This document shows positions 22,483 through 35,568 of a stretch of 64,000 nucleotides of DNA, piece after piece; within the stretch, counting starts at the first letter, position 1, and each line of letters opens with the position of its first letter. The stretch is taken from assembly GCF_056712565.1 (NCBI RefSeq), contig NZ_CM160072.1, one strand, 5' to 3'. A program made the position numbers and the translations under genes. The notes under the pieces were generated by a model. That model ran no database searches. It was not told the DNA's origin and worked only from the letters and a program-made list of their open reading frames with translations.

Positions 22483-24201
22483 TTACCTTAGCCAGTTCGT
22501 TTTCGCCAGTTCGATCACTTCATCACCGCGTCCGCTGATGATTGCGCGCAGCATATACAGGCTGAAACCTTTGGCCTGTTCGAGTTTGATCTGCGGTGGA
22601 ATGGCTAATTCTTCTTTGGCGACAACCACATCCACCAACACCGGACCGTCGATGGAGAAGGCGCGTTGCAGAGCTTCATCGATTTCAGACGCTTTTTCTA
22701 CACGAATACCCGTAATGCCGCAGGCTTCGGCAATTCGGGCAAAGTTGGTGTCGTGTAGTTCGGTGCCATCAGTCAAATAGCCACCAGCTTTCATCTCCAT
22801 CGCCACAAAGCCCAGCACGCTGTTATTAAAGACGATAATTTTCACTGGCAGTTTCATCTGCACTACCGAGAGGAAATCGCCCATCAACATGCTAAAACCG
22901 CCATCGCCGCACATGGCGACCACCTGGCGTTCCGGCTCGGTTGCCTGCGCGCCCAGCGCCTGCGGCATGGCGTTAGCCATCGAACCATGGTTAAACGAAC
23001 CTAACAGGCGACGCTTGCCGTTCATTTTTAGATAACGTGCCGCCCACACCGTTGGCGTACCAACGTCACAGGTGAAAATAGCGTCATCGGCGGCAAAATG
23101 ACTAATTTGCTGCGCCAGATATTGCGGGTGAATGGCTTTCTCACTCGGTTTAGCTAAATCGTCCAGCCCTTTGCGGGCGTCGCGGTAATCTTCCAGCGCC
23201 TTATCCAGAAACTTGCGTTCGGTTTTTTCTTCCACCAGTGGCAGCAATGCGCGCAGGGTTGATTTGATATCGCCGACCAGCGCCATATCTACCTTGCTAT
23301 GCGCGCCGATGCTGGCTGGGTTGATATCAATCTGAATAATTTTGGCATCGGTCGGGTAGAACACACGGTAGGGAAACTGAGTACCGAGCAGCACTAACGT
23401 ATCGGCGTTCATCATGGTATGGAAACCTGACGAAAAGCCGATTAATCCCGTCATTCCAACATCATATGGATTATCGTATTCGACATGTTCTTTACCGCGC
23501 AGGGCATGGACTATAGGCGCTTTAATTTTCCCGGCAAACTCAACTAACTCTTTATGCGCCCCCGCACAGCCGCTGCCACACATCAGGGCGATATTGCTGG
23601 AATAACGCAGCAGTTGCGCCAGTTTGCGTAACTCTTCTTCTTCCGGTGTTACTACCGGCTGTGGCGCATGATACCAGTGGGTAGTTGCCCCTTCTGGCGC
23701 AGGTTTTAACGCCACGTCGCCCGGTAACACAACAACGGAAACGCCACGGTTAAGCACCGCTTTGCGCATAGCAATTGCCAGCACTTGTGGGATCTGCTCT
23801 GGGCTGGAAACCAGCTCGCAATAGTGACTACATTCGCGGAATAACTCTTGTGGGTGGGTTTCCTGGAAATAGCCGCTGCCAATTTCGCTGGAGGGAATAT
23901 GAGCGGCAATCGCCAGTACCGGAACGTGATTGCGGTGGCAATCGAACAGGCCGTTGATTAAGTGCAGGTTGCCGGGACCGCACGATCCGGCACAGACCGC
24001 CAGTTCTCCGCTAAGTTGTGCTTCAGCGCCAGCGGCAAACGCCGCCACTTCTTCATGCCGGGTGGACATCCACTCGATGGTGCCCATGCGATTAAGACTG
24101 TCACTAAGACCGTTCAGAGAGTCGCCCGTGACTCCCCAGATGCGTTTCACGCCTGCCGATTCGAGTGTTTTGGCGATATAAGCTGCAACCGTTTGTTTCA
24201 T
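22483..24201 (-). CDS. poxB: Pyruvate oxidase (ubiquinone)
   Basis: 572 aa TPP/FAD enzyme, [28 protein letters not shown]... Confidence 0.95.
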   Translation of the reverse strand: MKQTVAAYIAKTLESAGVKRIWGVTGDSLNGLSDSLNRMGTIEWMSTRHEEVAAFAAGAEAQLSGELAVCAGSCGPGNLHLINGLFDCHRNHVPVLAIAAHIPSSEIGSGYFQETHPQELFRECSHYCELVSSPEQIPQVLAIAMRKAVLNRGVSVVVLPGDVALKPAPEGATTHWYHAPQPVVTPEEEELRKLAQLLRYSSNIALMCGSGCAGAHKELVEFAGKIKAPIVHALRGKEHVEYDNPYDVGMTGLIGFSSGFHTMMNADTLVLLGTQFPYRVFYPTDAKIIQIDINPASIGAHSKVDMALVGDIKSTLRALLPLVEEKTERKFLDKALEDYRDARKGLDDLAKPSEKAIHPQYLAQQISHFAADDAIFTCDVGTPTVWAARYLKMNGKRRLLGSFNHGSMANAMPQALGAQATEPERQVVAMCGDGGFSMLMGDFLSVVQMKLPVKIIVFNNSVLGFVAMEMKAGGYLTDGTELHDTNFARIAEACGITGIRVEKASEIDEALQRAFSIDGPVLVDVVVAKEELAIPPQIKLEQAKGFSLYMLRAIISGRGDEVIELAKTNWLR

Positions 24202-24333
24202 GGTTCTCCATCTCCTGAATGTGATAACGGTAACAAGTTTAGTTCATCTGACGGAGGGGGAAGGGATGGGAGAAAAAGGAGGCACTAACGGTTAAATAGC
24301 CCGATGAAAGGAATATCATCGGGCATCAGGCGA

Positions 24334-25302
24334 TTATGCGAGAACCAAATCCCCCTGCGGATGGCAGGAGCAGGCCAGTACGTAACCTTCAGCGATTTCG
24401 GCGTCGGTCAGCGTCATTGTGCTGCTCACCGTATATTCACCGGAAATCACTTTCGTCTTACAGCAGCCGCAAACACCCGCACGGCAGGCGGCGACAACCG
24501 GAACGTTATTGCTTTCCAGCGCCTCCAGTAGCGTGGTGCCAACCGGAGCGTAAAATTCTCGTGCCGGTTGCAGTTTGGTGAATTTCAGACCACTGGTCGC
24601 CGCTTCCGCTACTGGGGTGAAGAATTTCTCTTTAAAGAAACGCGTCACGCCGAGCGCTTTCACTTCCTGCTCTACCCAATCCATATATGGAGCAGGGCCA
24701 CAGGTCATCACGGTACGTGAGGCTAAATCAGGAACGCGAGTCAGCAGTTCGCGAGTGAGACGACCAGCGATAAAGCCTTCGGTAACGTTATTTTCCGCCA
24801 CCAGCGTTACCGGATAGTTACGCCACTCATCGGCGAAAATCACATCCTGCGGCGTACGCACGTTGTAGATCACCTGCACATCGGCCTGTGGACGGTTCTT
24901 CGCCAGCCAGCGACGCATCGACATAATCGGCGTGACGCCGCAGCCTGCCGCCAGCAACAGGAATTTATCTTCTGCTTTATCGTCGCAGGTAAATTCCCCC
25001 ATCGCGTCCGAAAGCCAGAGATAATCACCGCGTTTTACATCGCGCGTCAGCCACCGGGAGCCGACACCGTCATCAATCCGCCGCACGGTCAGGGTGATGT
25101 ATTCACTCACGCCTGGCGTGGAGGAAATGGTGTAAGCACGCAGCGTTTCTGCTGAGTTTCGCACGCTGACCAGCGCATATTGCCCGGCGCGATATGGGTA
25201 GTAATCGTGGCAAATCAGGGAAATCGTCCACACATCCGGCGTTTCTTGCGTAATGTGATGAACCTGCATCCGCCACGGGCATTGATTCGTTGGCATCGTC
25301 AT
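24334..25302 (-). CDS. hcr: NADH oxidoreductase for hybrid-cluster protein
   Basis: 322 aa; C-terminal 2Fe-2S cysteine cluster CRAGVCGCC. Confidence 0.95.
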   Translation of the reverse strand: MTMPTNQCPWRMQVHHITQETPDVWTISLICHDYYPYRAGQYALVSVRNSAETLRAYTISSTPGVSEYITLTVRRIDDGVGSRWLTRDVKRGDYLWLSDAMGEFTCDDKAEDKFLLLAAGCGVTPIMSMRRWLAKNRPQADVQVIYNVRTPQDVIFADEWRNYPVTLVAENNVTEGFIAGRLTRELLTRVPDLASRTVMTCGPAPYMDWVEQEVKALGVTRFFKEKFFTPVAEAATSGLKFTKLQPAREFYAPVGTTLLEALESNNVPVVAACRAGVCGCCKTKVISGEYTVSSTMTLTDAEIAEGYVLACSCHPQGDLVLA

Positions 25303-25313
25303 CGACAAACTCC

Positions 25314-26966
25314 TTACGCGCTCAACAGTTGCTTCATGTCTTCTTCAACAGTGGTGATAGAACGCAGGCCGAATTTCTCGTTCAGCACCGCCAGCAGGTC
25401 TGGTGTCAGGAAACCAGGTGCAGTCGGGCCGGTGACGATATTTTTCACACCCAGAGAAAGCAGCGTCAGCAGAATGACAATCGCTTTCTGTTCAAACCAG
25501 GAGAGCACCAGCGACAGCGGCAGATCGTTCACCCCACAGCCCAGTTTCTCTGCCAGCGTTACCGCCAGAATAATTGCTGAGTAAGCATCGTTACACTGAC
25601 CAGCATCTACCAGACGCGGCAGACCTTCGATATCGCCAAACTCAAGTTTATTAAAGCGATATTTACCGCAAGCGAGGGTCAGGATCAGGCAGTCATCCGG
25701 CACGCTGGTGGCGAAATCGGTGAAGTAGTGACGCTCGCCGCGTGCGCCGTCACAGCCGCCAAGCAGGAAGATATGACGCAGTTTTTCACGGCTCACCAGA
25801 TCAATCAGCGTATCGGCTGCGCCAAGCAGTGTCTGGCGACCAAAGCCCACGGTGATCAGGTGCGGAATTTCGCTGTACGGGAAGCCCGCCATCTGTTGCG
25901 CCTGGGCAATGACTGCAGAGAAATCTTCGCCATCCAGATGACGCACACCCGGCCAGCCAACGATGCTGCGGGTCCAGATACGATCGTCATAAGCGCCTAC
26001 GGTTGGGTCGATGATGCAGTTCGAGGTCATCACGATGGGGCCTGGGAAACGAGCGAACTCCACTTGCTGATTCTGCCAGCCGCTGCCGTAGTTACCGACC
26101 AGATGCTTGAATTTACGCAACTCCGGGTAACCATGCGCAGGCAGCATTTCGCCGTGGGTGTAGACATTAACGCCCGTGCCTTCGGTCTGTTCCAGCAGGT
26201 TGTAGAGATCTTTGAGATCGTGACCGGAAATCAGAATGCATTTACCCGCCGTCGCTTTGACATTGACCTGGGTTGGGGTCGGGTGACCGTATTTACCGGT
26301 TTCGCCTGCATCCAGAATGCTCATCACTTTGAAATTCATCTGGCCGATTTCCATTGAACACTCAAGAAGCGCGTTCATATCGGCAGGCCAGGTCCCCAGC
26401 CACGCCATGATTTTATGGTACTGGGCATAAATATCGTTGTCGTATTGACCGAGAACATGCGCGTGTTCCATATAGGCCGCCGCACCTTTCAGGCCATACA
26501 GGCACAGCAGACGCAGGCCGAGAATGTTTTCGCCAATCGCCGCTTTATCTTTGTTAGGGGTAAATTCTGCTGCCTGACGTTGCAGCTCGCCGAGATCGTC
26601 GCTCACCAGTTGCAGGTCAGCCATCGGGTTATCGACGCGGGCGTTGGCATCTACAGCCAGGCATTGTGCTTTCAGCGCCTCGCGCAGGGCAATCGCTTCA
26701 CGAGCGTAGCCGACAATACGCGGAGAATCGAAGTTAACGTTGGTCAGGGTTGAGAAAAAGGCACGTGGCGCAAAGCTGTCTACATCGTGGTTGATGATGC
26801 CGTATTCACGTGCTTTCACTGCCCAGGCCGAAAGCCCTTGCAGCGCCGCGATGAGTAAATCCTGAAGGTCAGAGGTTTCCGCCGTTTTACCACACATCCC
26901 CTGCGCGTATGAGCAGCCGTTTCCTGCCGGAGTACGGATAGTTTGTTCACATTGCACACAAAACAT
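25314..26966 (-). CDS. hcp: Hybrid-cluster protein / hydroxylamine reductase
   Basis: MFCVQCEQT... N-terminal Cys motif; 550 aa. Confidence 0.95.
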   Translation of the reverse strand: MFCVQCEQTIRTPAGNGCSYAQGMCGKTAETSDLQDLLIAALQGLSAWAVKAREYGIINHDVDSFAPRAFFSTLTNVNFDSPRIVGYAREAIALREALKAQCLAVDANARVDNPMADLQLVSDDLGELQRQAAEFTPNKDKAAIGENILGLRLLCLYGLKGAAAYMEHAHVLGQYDNDIYAQYHKIMAWLGTWPADMNALLECSMEIGQMNFKVMSILDAGETGKYGHPTPTQVNVKATAGKCILISGHDLKDLYNLLEQTEGTGVNVYTHGEMLPAHGYPELRKFKHLVGNYGSGWQNQQVEFARFPGPIVMTSNCIIDPTVGAYDDRIWTRSIVGWPGVRHLDGEDFSAVIAQAQQMAGFPYSEIPHLITVGFGRQTLLGAADTLIDLVSREKLRHIFLLGGCDGARGERHYFTDFATSVPDDCLILTLACGKYRFNKLEFGDIEGLPRLVDAGQCNDAYSAIILAVTLAEKLGCGVNDLPLSLVLSWFEQKAIVILLTLLSLGVKNIVTGPTAPGFLTPDLLAVLNEKFGLRSITTVEEDMKQLLSA

Positions 26967-27109
26967 GATCACACCTTTTAAAGTTATATTTAATATACAT
27001 GTTTAAGGTTAAGACGCTTAACGCGGGGATAAAAGAGATTTTTAATGCAACTTTAAGGGAGATTGATTTAGCGCAATTTTGGCGGCAGAGATCTACCGCC
27101 AGAGAGGTA

Positions 27110-28009
27110 TTATGCAGAGAAAAAGGCGATGAGAATCGGCACTAACAGACTAAGAATAAAACCGTGAACAATCGCCGCCGGGACCATATCCAGCCCGCCT
27201 GTACGTTGAAGAACGGGCAGGGTGAAATCCATCGACGTCGCACCGCATAAGCCCAGTGCAGTAGAGCGGCTACGGCGAATCAGCCCAGGGATTAACATAA
27301 TAGCAATCAGCTCACGGGCCAGATCATTAAAAAACGCCGCGCTCCCGATTACCGGACCAAAAGATTCGGTCAATAAAATACCGGAAAGAGAATACCAGCC
27401 GAAACCGGAGGCCATTGCCAGCGCGGTATTGATGGGAAGATCAAGAATAAAGGCGTTAATTAAACCACCAATTAATGAACTGGCAACCACCACCACGGCG
27501 ACAATCATTCCCCGGCGATTAAGGACAATCTGCTTTAAGGTCATGCCATTATTGCGCAACTGAATACCGACGAGGAAAAGTAGCAGAATTAAGGTGTATT
27601 CACTGGCTTCGGTCGCGTGTTGTAAGAAAGCCAGTCCACTCAGACCAATGGCAAAACCAATCACTACTACGCCGCACAGTTTTAGCGACTCCAGCGCCAT
27701 CGCAATACGCGACGGGAGTTTTTCTTGATGATGGTGGTTGCGCCATGGCAGGCCGCGCTCCAGCCACATCAGGGCGGCAATATTACACAGTAAAATAACG
27801 GTAATACTGACGGCAGAATAATGCAGAATTGCCAACAAGTTACTGGCGAGGTTATCGAGAAACGCCAGACTGATACCCATAAAAAAGAGAATAAGGTAAA
27901 CCATCCAACTTAATAGCTGATTAATAACTCTTAATGCAGCTTTTTGGCGAAGCGGAATGAGGTAACCCACAATCAGGGGAACCAGAATGATTAACAGCCC
28001 AGAAAACAT
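27110..28009 (-). CDS. lysO: Lysine exporter LysO (YbjE)
   Basis: Polytopic membrane protein; start ambiguous (alternative upstream ATG at 28054). Confidence 0.85.
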   Translation of the reverse strand: MFSGLLIILVPLIVGYLIPLRQKAALRVINQLLSWMVYLILFFMGISLAFLDNLASNLLAILHYSAVSITVILLCNIAALMWLERGLPWRNHHHQEKLPSRIAMALESLKLCGVVVIGFAIGLSGLAFLQHATEASEYTLILLLFLVGIQLRNNGMTLKQIVLNRRGMIVAVVVVASSLIGGLINAFILDLPINTALAMASGFGWYSLSGILLTESFGPVIGSAAFFNDLARELIAIMLIPGLIRRSRSTALGLCGATSMDFTLPVLQRTGGLDMVPAAIVHGFILSLLVPILIAFFSA

Positions 28010-28329
28010 GAAAACCCAGTCCTTGCAAAGAAGATTCGAAATGCGCGATGACACACTACTGAAAGCAGAAGGACGAGTAAAGTTGCAATTAAAAGGAAAT
28101 GTTATGCATCAGAGGGGGATTTTTAATTCTATATGAGTGTTTAGCGTTGTTGCGCTCCTTTCATGTGCAATGCCATATAAAGCCACTGGCGCAGGGAGCG
28201 GCCAGTCGCCGCCGCCCCCTGCACCCCCGGCCTTCGGGGAACGCCTCGGCGATTTTAACGCCACCAACACCCGTGCGGTTTGTAACGTCGAAGATAAAAC
28301 CACCAGGGCAGACAACATGCCAATGCTAA

Positions 28330-29025
28330 TTAATCGCGTTTTTCCAGTAGAGTCCGGTAAATCAGACCACCGATAATACCGCCGACAATTGGCACCACCC
28401 AGAAGAACCACAGTTGTTCTAATGCCCAGCCGCCCTGGAAGATAGCAACCGCAGTACTGCGCGCCGGGTTAACGGAAGTGTTAGTCACCGGAATACTGAT
28501 TAAGTGAATCAGGGTTAAGGCCAGACCAATGGCAATTGGCGCAAAACCAGCAGGAGCGAATTTGTCAGTTGCGCCGTGGATCACCAGCAGGAAACCTGCA
28601 CTCAATACCAGTTCAACTACCAGCGCGGAAAGCATGGAATAACCGCCTGGTGAATGCTCGCCATAACCGTTAGAAGCAAAACCGCTGGCTGCCGCGTCAA
28701 AACCCGTTTTACCACTGGCAATTAAATACAGCAGCGCCGCCGCAACAATACCGCCGACAACCTGGGCAATTACGTAGCCAACGACTTCTTTTGCCGGGAA
28801 ACGTCCGCCAGCCCATAAACCAATAGTGACCGCCGGGTTAAAATGACCACCAGAAATATGACCAACAGCAAAGGCCATTGTCAGAACGGTCAGACCGAAC
28901 GCCAACGCCACGCCGGCAAAACCAATGCCTAATTCCGGGAAGCCTGCGGCCAGTACGGCACTACCACAGCCGCCAAAAACAAGCCAGAAAGTACCAAAAC
29001 ATTCAGCTGCTAATTTTCTGAACAT
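28330..29025 (-). CDS. aqpZ: Aquaporin Z
   Basis: [19 protein letters not shown]...; two NPA motifs; 231 aa. Confidence 0.95.
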   Translation of the reverse strand: MFRKLAAECFGTFWLVFGGCGSAVLAAGFPELGIGFAGVALAFGLTVLTMAFAVGHISGGHFNPAVTIGLWAGGRFPAKEVVGYVIAQVVGGIVAAALLYLIASGKTGFDAAASGFASNGYGEHSPGGYSMLSALVVELVLSAGFLLVIHGATDKFAPAGFAPIAIGLALTLIHLISIPVTNTSVNPARSTAVAIFQGGWALEQLWFFWVVPIVGGIIGGLIYRTLLEKRD

Positions 29026-29450
29026 ATCCACCTCAATTAAAAATTGACCCTGTGAAAAATATGGTCGTTTTATAGGGTCGTCGTAAAAAAGTGACGACGG
29101 AAATAATGCGCGGCTATTTTAAAAACGAAGGCAAGTCATTCACCAGATAAATAAATCCAGTAAATTTGATTTAAGGCAACAGCGGGTTGCCCCATATAGT
29201 CATTTGTCTGATTGACAGTGTAGTGCAAGCGAAAGATTTAATCCTTTAGGCGTAATAAAAAATAATTTATCATGCTAATTATTTGATTTTGTTGTTTTTG
29301 CAGGCTTATCAGCAAGAGGGAGTATAACGCGATTATTCGCTCATTTTTCAGACATTTGCCATGCTTAAATGTGATGTCATCACGTATTAGCATGGCCTTT
29401 CCCGTTATACTGCCAGCGTAAAGGATAAGTCACATATTTCTGGAGGGGAT

Positions 29451-31109
29451 ATGATTCTTGAGCGCGTTGAAATTGTGGGTTTTCGCGGTATCAACCGTTT
29501 GTCGTTGATGCTGGAACAAAACAACGTCCTGATTGGGGAGAACGCGTGGGGTAAATCCAGCTTGCTGGACGCCTTAACCCTGCTGCTATCGCCAGAATCA
29601 GATCTCTACCATTTTGAGCGCGATGATTTCTGGTTCCCGCCGGGAGATATCAACGGGCGAGAACATCATCTGCATATTATTTTGACCTTCCGCGAATCGC
29701 TGCCAGGCCGACATCGGGTTCGCCGCTATCGGCCGCTGGTAGCGTGCTGGACGCCATGCACCGATGGTTATCACCGTATTTTTTATCGTCTGGAAGGGGA
29801 GAGTGCGGAAGACGGCAGCGTGATGACACTGCGCAGTTTTCTCGATAAAGACGGACATCCGATTGATGTTGAGGATATTAACGATCAGGCTCGTCATCTG
29901 GTGCGTTTAATGCCGGTGCTGCGCTTGCGTGATGCCCGTTTTATGCGCCGTATTCGTAACGGCACGGTGCCAAATGTCCCCAATGTGGAAGTCACCGCGC
30001 GCCAGCTCGATTTCCTCGCCCGTGAATTATCCTCACATCCGCAAAATCTCTCTGATGGGCAGATTCGTCAGGGACTTTCCGCAATGGTGCAACTTCTTGA
30101 GCATTATTTTTCTGAGCAGGGAGCTGGACAGGCGCGATATCGTTTAATGCGGCGGCGAGCCAGCAATGAGCAACGAAGCTGGCGCTATCTGGATATCATC
30201 AACCGGATGATTGACCGACCTGGAGGGCGCTCGTATCGGGTTATTTTGCTCGGCCTGTTTGCTACTTTATTGCAGGCAAAAGGCACATTGCGACTGGATA
30301 AAGACGCCCGTCCATTGTTGCTGATCGAAGATCCAGAAACCCGTTTACACCCCATTATGCTTTCAGTTGCCTGGCATCTGTTGAATCTTCTGCCATTGCA
30401 GCGCATTGCCACCACCAACTCTGGCGAGCTGCTTTCGTTAACGCCGGTAGAGCATGTTTGCCGACTGGTACGTGAGTCCTCGCGCGTTGCCGCCTGGCGT
30501 CTGGGACCGAGTGGCTTGAGTACCGAAGATAGCCGACGCATCTCCTTTCACATTCGTTTTAACCGTCCGTCATCGCTGTTTGCCCGCTGTTGGCTGCTGG
30601 TGGAAGGGGAAACGGAAACCTGGGTTATCAATGAACTGGCGCGTCAGTGCGGACATCATTTTGATGCCGAAGGGATCAAGGTCATTGAGTTTGCCCAGTC
30701 CGGACTAAAGCCACTGGTTAAATTTGCCCGGCGAATGGGGATTGAATGGCATGTACTGGTCGATGGCGATGAAGCAGGGAAGAAATATGCCGCTACGGTA
30801 CGCAGCCTGTTGAATAACGATCGGGAAGCCGAACGAGAACATTTAACGGCGTTACCGGCGCTGGATATGGAACATTTTATGTATCGCCAGGGATTTTCCG
30901 ATGTGTTCCACCGCGTGGCTCAAATCCCGGAAAATATACCGATGAATCTGCGCAAAGTTATCTCGAAAGCGATCCATCGCTCTTCCAAACCCGATCTTGC
31001 CATTGAAGTGGCAATGGAGGCCGGACGTCGTGGTGTGGACTCCGTACCGACGCTGCTGAAAAAAATGTTCTCACGCGTGCTGTGGCTGGCGCGCGGTCGG
31101 GCCGACTAA
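29451..31109 (+). CDS. ybjD: OLD-family ATP-dependent endonuclease YbjD
   Basis: 552 aa; N-terminal ATPase (GENAWGKSSLLDAL) and C-terminal TOPRIM-like region; core-genome position. Confidence 0.9.
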   Translation: MILERVEIVGFRGINRLSLMLEQNNVLIGENAWGKSSLLDALTLLLSPESDLYHFERDDFWFPPGDINGREHHLHIILTFRESLPGRHRVRRYRPLVACWTPCTDGYHRIFYRLEGESAEDGSVMTLRSFLDKDGHPIDVEDINDQARHLVRLMPVLRLRDARFMRRIRNGTVPNVPNVEVTARQLDFLARELSSHPQNLSDGQIRQGLSAMVQLLEHYFSEQGAGQARYRLMRRRASNEQRSWRYLDIINRMIDRPGGRSYRVILLGLFATLLQAKGTLRLDKDARPLLLIEDPETRLHPIMLSVAWHLLNLLPLQRIATTNSGELLSLTPVEHVCRLVRESSRVAAWRLGPSGLSTEDSRRISFHIRFNRPSSLFARCWLLVEGETETWVINELARQCGHHFDAEGIKVIEFAQSGLKPLVKFARRMGIEWHVLVDGDEAGKKYAATVRSLLNNDREAEREHLTALPALDMEHFMYRQGFSDVFHRVAQIPENIPMNLRKVISKAIHRSSKPDLAIEVAMEAGRRGVDSVPTLLKKMFSRVLWLARGRAD

Positions 31110-32098
31110 CTACAAAACATCGTGGCCATTTGTGGCTGAATAGCGTCGAGCATCTCATAGCGCCGACGGTATTCAGCCCGTTTTTTACTGGCGATTTCGG
31201 CAATCTCTTTTCGTGCTATCTGTGCTGGAAGGCGGTAATGGCGTTCAGCATCACATACGCCGCCAACCGATTCCCAGAAAGCGTTGTAATCGGCATGGAT
31301 CTTGCCCTCTTTATCGCGATAACGCAGGCTGCGGTAAATATGCGTTTCATTGCTGACGGCAATAATCTGCTCTACCTGCAAACGTTGGGCAAACAGACAG
31401 GCCGCTTCCATCACGAGGCGTTTGGGAAATAGCCCGTGGCAGGCTTTCGTCGCATTCTGGATTTCCTGGTGTGGAATTTCCCATTTTGCGCCTTGCAGTC
31501 CGCCAATAAACATCGTCCTTTTCCCCTGATATTCACACAGGGTAAAAGTGAGCTCTGCCAGAGGAATACCTTCGCTGTTGCGGAACAGGATGGTGCTGTC
31601 ACCTTCTTTATCCATTGAGATCATCATGGTCAGCTCAAGCGTGAACTGCTCGCCGTTTTTGCCTTCCAGCTTCGCCAGTTGCAGCCCGGGGGTATTCAAA
31701 TATAAGCTGAATTCTTCCGCCGACATACACCCGCGGAGTAACGCATAATGGTAACGTAACGCCTCCAGCAATTGCTTACGGCTAAGATTCGCCGCAAGGT
31801 AAGGGCGATGTAGACGTACAGGCAGTCGCGGCTGGCGCGTTAACAACACATTGAGATTAGGCCAGTGGGAAAGTTCGTTCATCCACTCAACGCTTAAACG
31901 CGGCATAATCAACGAGCGCAGCAAAAATTTCTGGCGAAAACTACGGCGATGCCAGAATTTACCCGGCCGACACTGTCCTCGTGCCAGACTAAGAAAAAGT
32001 GACAGGCTGCTGAGAGATTCAGATGGCGTAAAGGTCCGTTCAGTTAACTGCGACATATTCATGAAATCAATGGTTATACATGACGTCGATTTAACCAT
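31106..32098 (-). CDS. ybjX: VirK/DUF535 family protein YbjX
   Basis: 330 aa ORF convergent with ybjD. Confidence 0.85.
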   Translation of the reverse strand: MVKSTSCITIDFMNMSQLTERTFTPSESLSSLSLFLSLARGQCRPGKFWHRRSFRQKFLLRSLIMPRLSVEWMNELSHWPNLNVLLTRQPRLPVRLHRPYLAANLSRKQLLEALRYHYALLRGCMSAEEFSLYLNTPGLQLAKLEGKNGEQFTLELTMMISMDKEGDSTILFRNSEGIPLAELTFTLCEYQGKRTMFIGGLQGAKWEIPHQEIQNATKACHGLFPKRLVMEAACLFAQRLQVEQIIAVSNETHIYRSLRYRDKEGKIHADYNAFWESVGGVCDAERHYRLPAQIARKEIAEIASKKRAEYRRRYEMLDAIQPQMATMFCS

Positions 32099-32212
32099 TG
32101 CGTATCTTAACCAAACATCAATAGTGTGATTATTAACGTAAATTTTAGGGTTTTGTTGATATTTCGTTGAAGTTAATGACCCGGATTGGCATATGGAGTA
32201 TTCAGAATATTT

Positions 32213-33328
32213 ATGAAAAAGCGGAAAACCGTGAAGAAGCGTTACGTTATTGCGATGGTGATAGTCATCGCCGGGCTGATTACGTTATGGAGAATTCTTA
32301 ACGCACCCGTGCCGACTTATCAGACGCTGATTGTGCGCCCCGGTGATTTACAGCAAAGCGTGCTGGCGACCGGAAAGCTGGACGCGCTGCGTAAGGTTGA
32401 CGTGGGCGCGCAGGTCAGCGGTCAGTTGAAAACGCTGTCGGTGGCGATTGGCGATAAAGTAAAAAAAGACCAGCTTTTAGGGGTTATTGATCCTGAACAG
32501 GCTGAAAACCAGATCAAGGAGGTGGAAGCAATGCTGATGGAGCTACGCGCGCAGCGGCAGCAGGCGGAAGCGGAGCTGAAACTGGCGCGGGTGACGTATT
32601 CCCGTCAGCAACGTCTTGCACAAACGCAAGCGGTTTCACAGCAGGATCTCGATAACGCCGCGACGGAGATGGCTGTGAAACAGGCGCAAATTGGCACCAT
32701 TGACGCGCAAATCAAGCGCAATCAGGCCTCTCTCGATACGGCTAAAACCAATCTCGATTACACCCGCATCGTTGCCCCGATGGCCGGGGAAGTCACGCAA
32801 ATCACCACTCTGCAAGGCCAGACGGTGATTGCCGCACAACAAGCACCGAACATTCTGACGCTGGCAGATATGAGCACCATGCTGGTAAAAGCGCAGGTTT
32901 CTGAAGCGGATGTAATCCACCTGAAGCCGGGGCAAAAAGCCTGGTTTACGGTGCTTGGCGATCCACTGACGCGCTACGAGGGGCAAATCAAGGATGTGCT
33001 ACCGACGCCGGAAAAGATTAACGACGCTATTTTCTATTACGCCCGTTTTGAAGTACCCAACCCCAATGGTTTACTGCGGCTGGATATGACCGCGCAAGTG
33101 CATATTCAGCTCACCGATGTGAAAAATGTGCTGACGATCCCTCTGTCGGCGTTAGGCGATCCGGTTGGCGATAATCGTTATAAAGTCAAATTGTTGCGTA
33201 ATGGTGAAACACGCGAGCGTGAAGTGACGATTGGCGCACGTAACGATACCGATGTTGAGATTGTCAAAGGGCTGGAAGCGGGCGATGAAGTGGTGATTGG
33301 TGAGGCCAAACCAGGAGCTGCGCAATGA
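32213..33328 (+). CDS. macA: Macrolide efflux membrane fusion protein MacA
   Basis: [18 protein letters not shown]...; 371 aa. Confidence 0.95.
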   Translation: MKKRKTVKKRYVIAMVIVIAGLITLWRILNAPVPTYQTLIVRPGDLQQSVLATGKLDALRKVDVGAQVSGQLKTLSVAIGDKVKKDQLLGVIDPEQAENQIKEVEAMLMELRAQRQQAEAELKLARVTYSRQQRLAQTQAVSQQDLDNAATEMAVKQAQIGTIDAQIKRNQASLDTAKTNLDYTRIVAPMAGEVTQITTLQGQTVIAAQQAPNILTLADMSTMLVKAQVSEADVIHLKPGQKAWFTVLGDPLTRYEGQIKDVLPTPEKINDAIFYYARFEVPNPNGLLRLDMTAQVHIQLTDVKNVLTIPLSALGDPVGDNRYKVKLLRNGETREREVTIGARNDTDVEIVKGLEAGDEVVIGEAKPGAAQ

Positions 33329-35271
33329 CACCCTTGCTCGAATTAAAGGATATTCGTCGCAGCTATCCTGCCGGTGATGAGCAGGTTGAGGTGCTGAAGG
33401 GCATCAGCCTCGATATTTATGCTGGTGAGATGGTGGCGATTGTCGGCGCTTCGGGTTCCGGTAAATCGACCCTGATGAATATTCTCGGCTGCCTGGATAA
33501 GGCCACCAGCGGCACCTATCGCGTAGCCGGTCAGGATGTTGCCACGCTGGACGCCGATGCGCTGGCGCAACTGCGCCGCGAGCATTTCGGCTTTATTTTC
33601 CAGCGTTACCATTTGCTTTCGCATTTAACCGCCGAGCAGAACGTTGAAGTACCCGCCGTCTATGCCGGTCTTGAGCGGAAACAGCGGCTGCTTCGCGCCC
33701 AGGAGTTACTGCAACGACTGGGGCTGGAAGACCGTACAGAGTATTACCCGGCACAGCTTTCGGGTGGCCAGCAACAGCGCGTCAGCATCGCGCGGGCATT
33801 GATGAACGGCGGTCAGGTAATTCTTGCCGATGAACCGACCGGCGCACTGGACAGCCATTCTGGCGAAGAGGTGATGGCGATCCTGCATCAGCTGCGCGAT
33901 CGCGGGCATACGGTGATTATCGTCACCCACGATCCGCAGGTTGCTGCTCAGGCCGAGCGGGTGATCGAAATTCGCGACGGCGAAATTGTGCGCAATCCTC
34001 CCGCCGTTGAAAAAGTGAATGCTACTGGCGGAACGGAACCTGTTGTCAACACGGCGTCTGGCTGGCGGCAGTTTGTCAGCGGTTTTAACGAGGCGCTGAC
34101 GATGGCATGGCGGGCGCTGGCAGCGAATAAAATGCGTACTTTACTGACCATGCTGGGGATTATTATCGGTATTGCGTCGGTGGTTTCCATTGTCGTGGTG
34201 GGCGACGCCGCTAAACAAATGGTGCTGGCGGATATTCGTTCTATTGGTACGAATACTATTGATGTCTATCCCGGGAAAGATTTTGGCGATGACGATCCGC
34301 AATATCAGCAGGCGCTGAAGTACGACGACTTAATCGCCATCCAAAAACAACCGTGGGTTGCCTCTGCCACGCCCGCCGTCTCGCAAAACCTGCGCCTGCG
34401 TTATAACAATGTTGATGTGGCTGCCAGTGCCAATGGCGTGAGCGGCGATTATTTTAATGTCTATGGCATGACCTTCAGTGAAGGGAACACCTTTAATCAG
34501 GAGCAGCTGAACGGTCGTGCGCAGGTCGTGGTTCTCGACAGTAATACTCGCCGCCAGCTTTTCCCCCATAAAGCAGATGTGGTTGGCGAGGTGATTCTGG
34601 TCGGCAATATGCCCGCCAGAGTCATTGGTGTGGCGGAAGAAAAACAGTCGATGTTTGGTAGCAGTAAAGTGCTGCGTGTCTGGCTGCCATACAGCACGAT
34701 GTCCGGGCGAGTTATGGGGCAGTCGTGGCTGAACTCCATTACTGTCAGGGTGAAAGAAGGCTTTGACAGCGCTGAGGCGGAACAGCAACTCACGCGTTTA
34801 CTTTCACTGCGCCACGGTAAGAAGGATTTCTTTACCTGGAACATGGATGGCGTCTTGAAAACCGTTGAAAAGACCACACGTACTTTACAACTGTTTCTGA
34901 CGCTGGTGGCGGTGATTTCGCTGGTGGTGGGCGGTATTGGTGTAATGAATATTATGCTGGTGTCAGTGACCGAGCGGACGCGGGAAATTGGCATTCGCAT
35001 GGCTGTAGGTGCGCGAGCAAGCGATGTTTTGCAACAGTTTTTGATCGAAGCCGTACTGGTTTGCCTGGTTGGTGGCGCGTTGGGAATAACACTGTCACTG
35101 TTAATTGCTTTCACCTTGCAGCTTTTCTTACCCGGCTGGGAGATTGGTTTTTCACCGTTAGCGCTGCTGCTGGCGTTTCTCTGCTCGACGGTCACCGGGA
35201 TTTTATTTGGCTGGTTACCCGCACGAAATGCGGCACGACTGGATCCAGTAGATGCTCTGGCACGAGAGTAA
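33325..35271 (+). CDS. macB: Macrolide export ABC transporter ATPase/permease MacB
   Basis: 648 aa; N-terminal ABC domain (GASGSGKST) fused to FtsX-like permease. Confidence 0.95.
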   Translation: MTPLLELKDIRRSYPAGDEQVEVLKGISLDIYAGEMVAIVGASGSGKSTLMNILGCLDKATSGTYRVAGQDVATLDADALAQLRREHFGFIFQRYHLLSHLTAEQNVEVPAVYAGLERKQRLLRAQELLQRLGLEDRTEYYPAQLSGGQQQRVSIARALMNGGQVILADEPTGALDSHSGEEVMAILHQLRDRGHTVIIVTHDPQVAAQAERVIEIRDGEIVRNPPAVEKVNATGGTEPVVNTASGWRQFVSGFNEALTMAWRALAANKMRTLLTMLGIIIGIASVVSIVVVGDAAKQMVLADIRSIGTNTIDVYPGKDFGDDDPQYQQALKYDDLIAIQKQPWVASATPAVSQNLRLRYNNVDVAASANGVSGDYFNVYGMTFSEGNTFNQEQLNGRAQVVVLDSNTRRQLFPHKADVVGEVILVGNMPARVIGVAEEKQSMFGSSKVLRVWLPYSTMSGRVMGQSWLNSITVRVKEGFDSAEAEQQLTRLLSLRHGKKDFFTWNMDGVLKTVEKTTRTLQLFLTLVAVISLVVGGIGVMNIMLVSVTERTREIGIRMAVGARASDVLQQFLIEAVLVCLVGGALGITLSLLIAFTLQLFLPGWEIGFSPLALLLAFLCSTVTGILFGWLPARNAARLDPVDALARE

Positions 35272-35343
35272 TTTTTGAGATAAAAATGCCAGCCGATCGG
35301 GCTGGCATTTTGCCTTTAGGATGTACACAATGAGACAGAAGAG

Positions 35344-35568
35344 CTATGCGACTGCCGCTTCTACTTCGACGGGCACAATAACACTGGCGTGATTGCCTTT
35401 TGGCCCCTGGTGGACATCAAACTGAACGGATTGTCCAGCTTTTAGCGTTCTGTAACCATCCATCTGAATGGTGGAATAATGAGCGAAAATATCTTCGCCG
35501 CCGCCTTCAGGGCAGATGAAACCAAACCCTTTGGCATTGTTGAACCACTTAACAGTACCCTTTTCCAT
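35344..35568 (-). CDS. cspD: Cold-shock-like protein CspD
   Basis: MEKGTVKWFNNAKGFGFI...; 74 aa. Confidence 0.95.
   Translation of the reverse strand: MEKGTVKWFNNAKGFGFICPEGGGEDIFAHYSTIQMDGYRTLKAGQSVQFDVHQGPKGNHASVIVPVEVEAAVA

Noticed and set aside
28055-28329. ORFs 28099-28329, 28109-28411 and 28137-28376 in the ybjE-aqpZ spacer
   Set aside because: Overlapping short ORFs in a GC-rich intergenic stretch, with no ribosome-binding site and no recognisable family.
29451-31109. ybjD (OLD-family nuclease) as a horizontally acquired defence gene
   Set aside because: It sits in the conserved K-12 position between aqpZ and ybjX with normal flanks, so it is treated as core.
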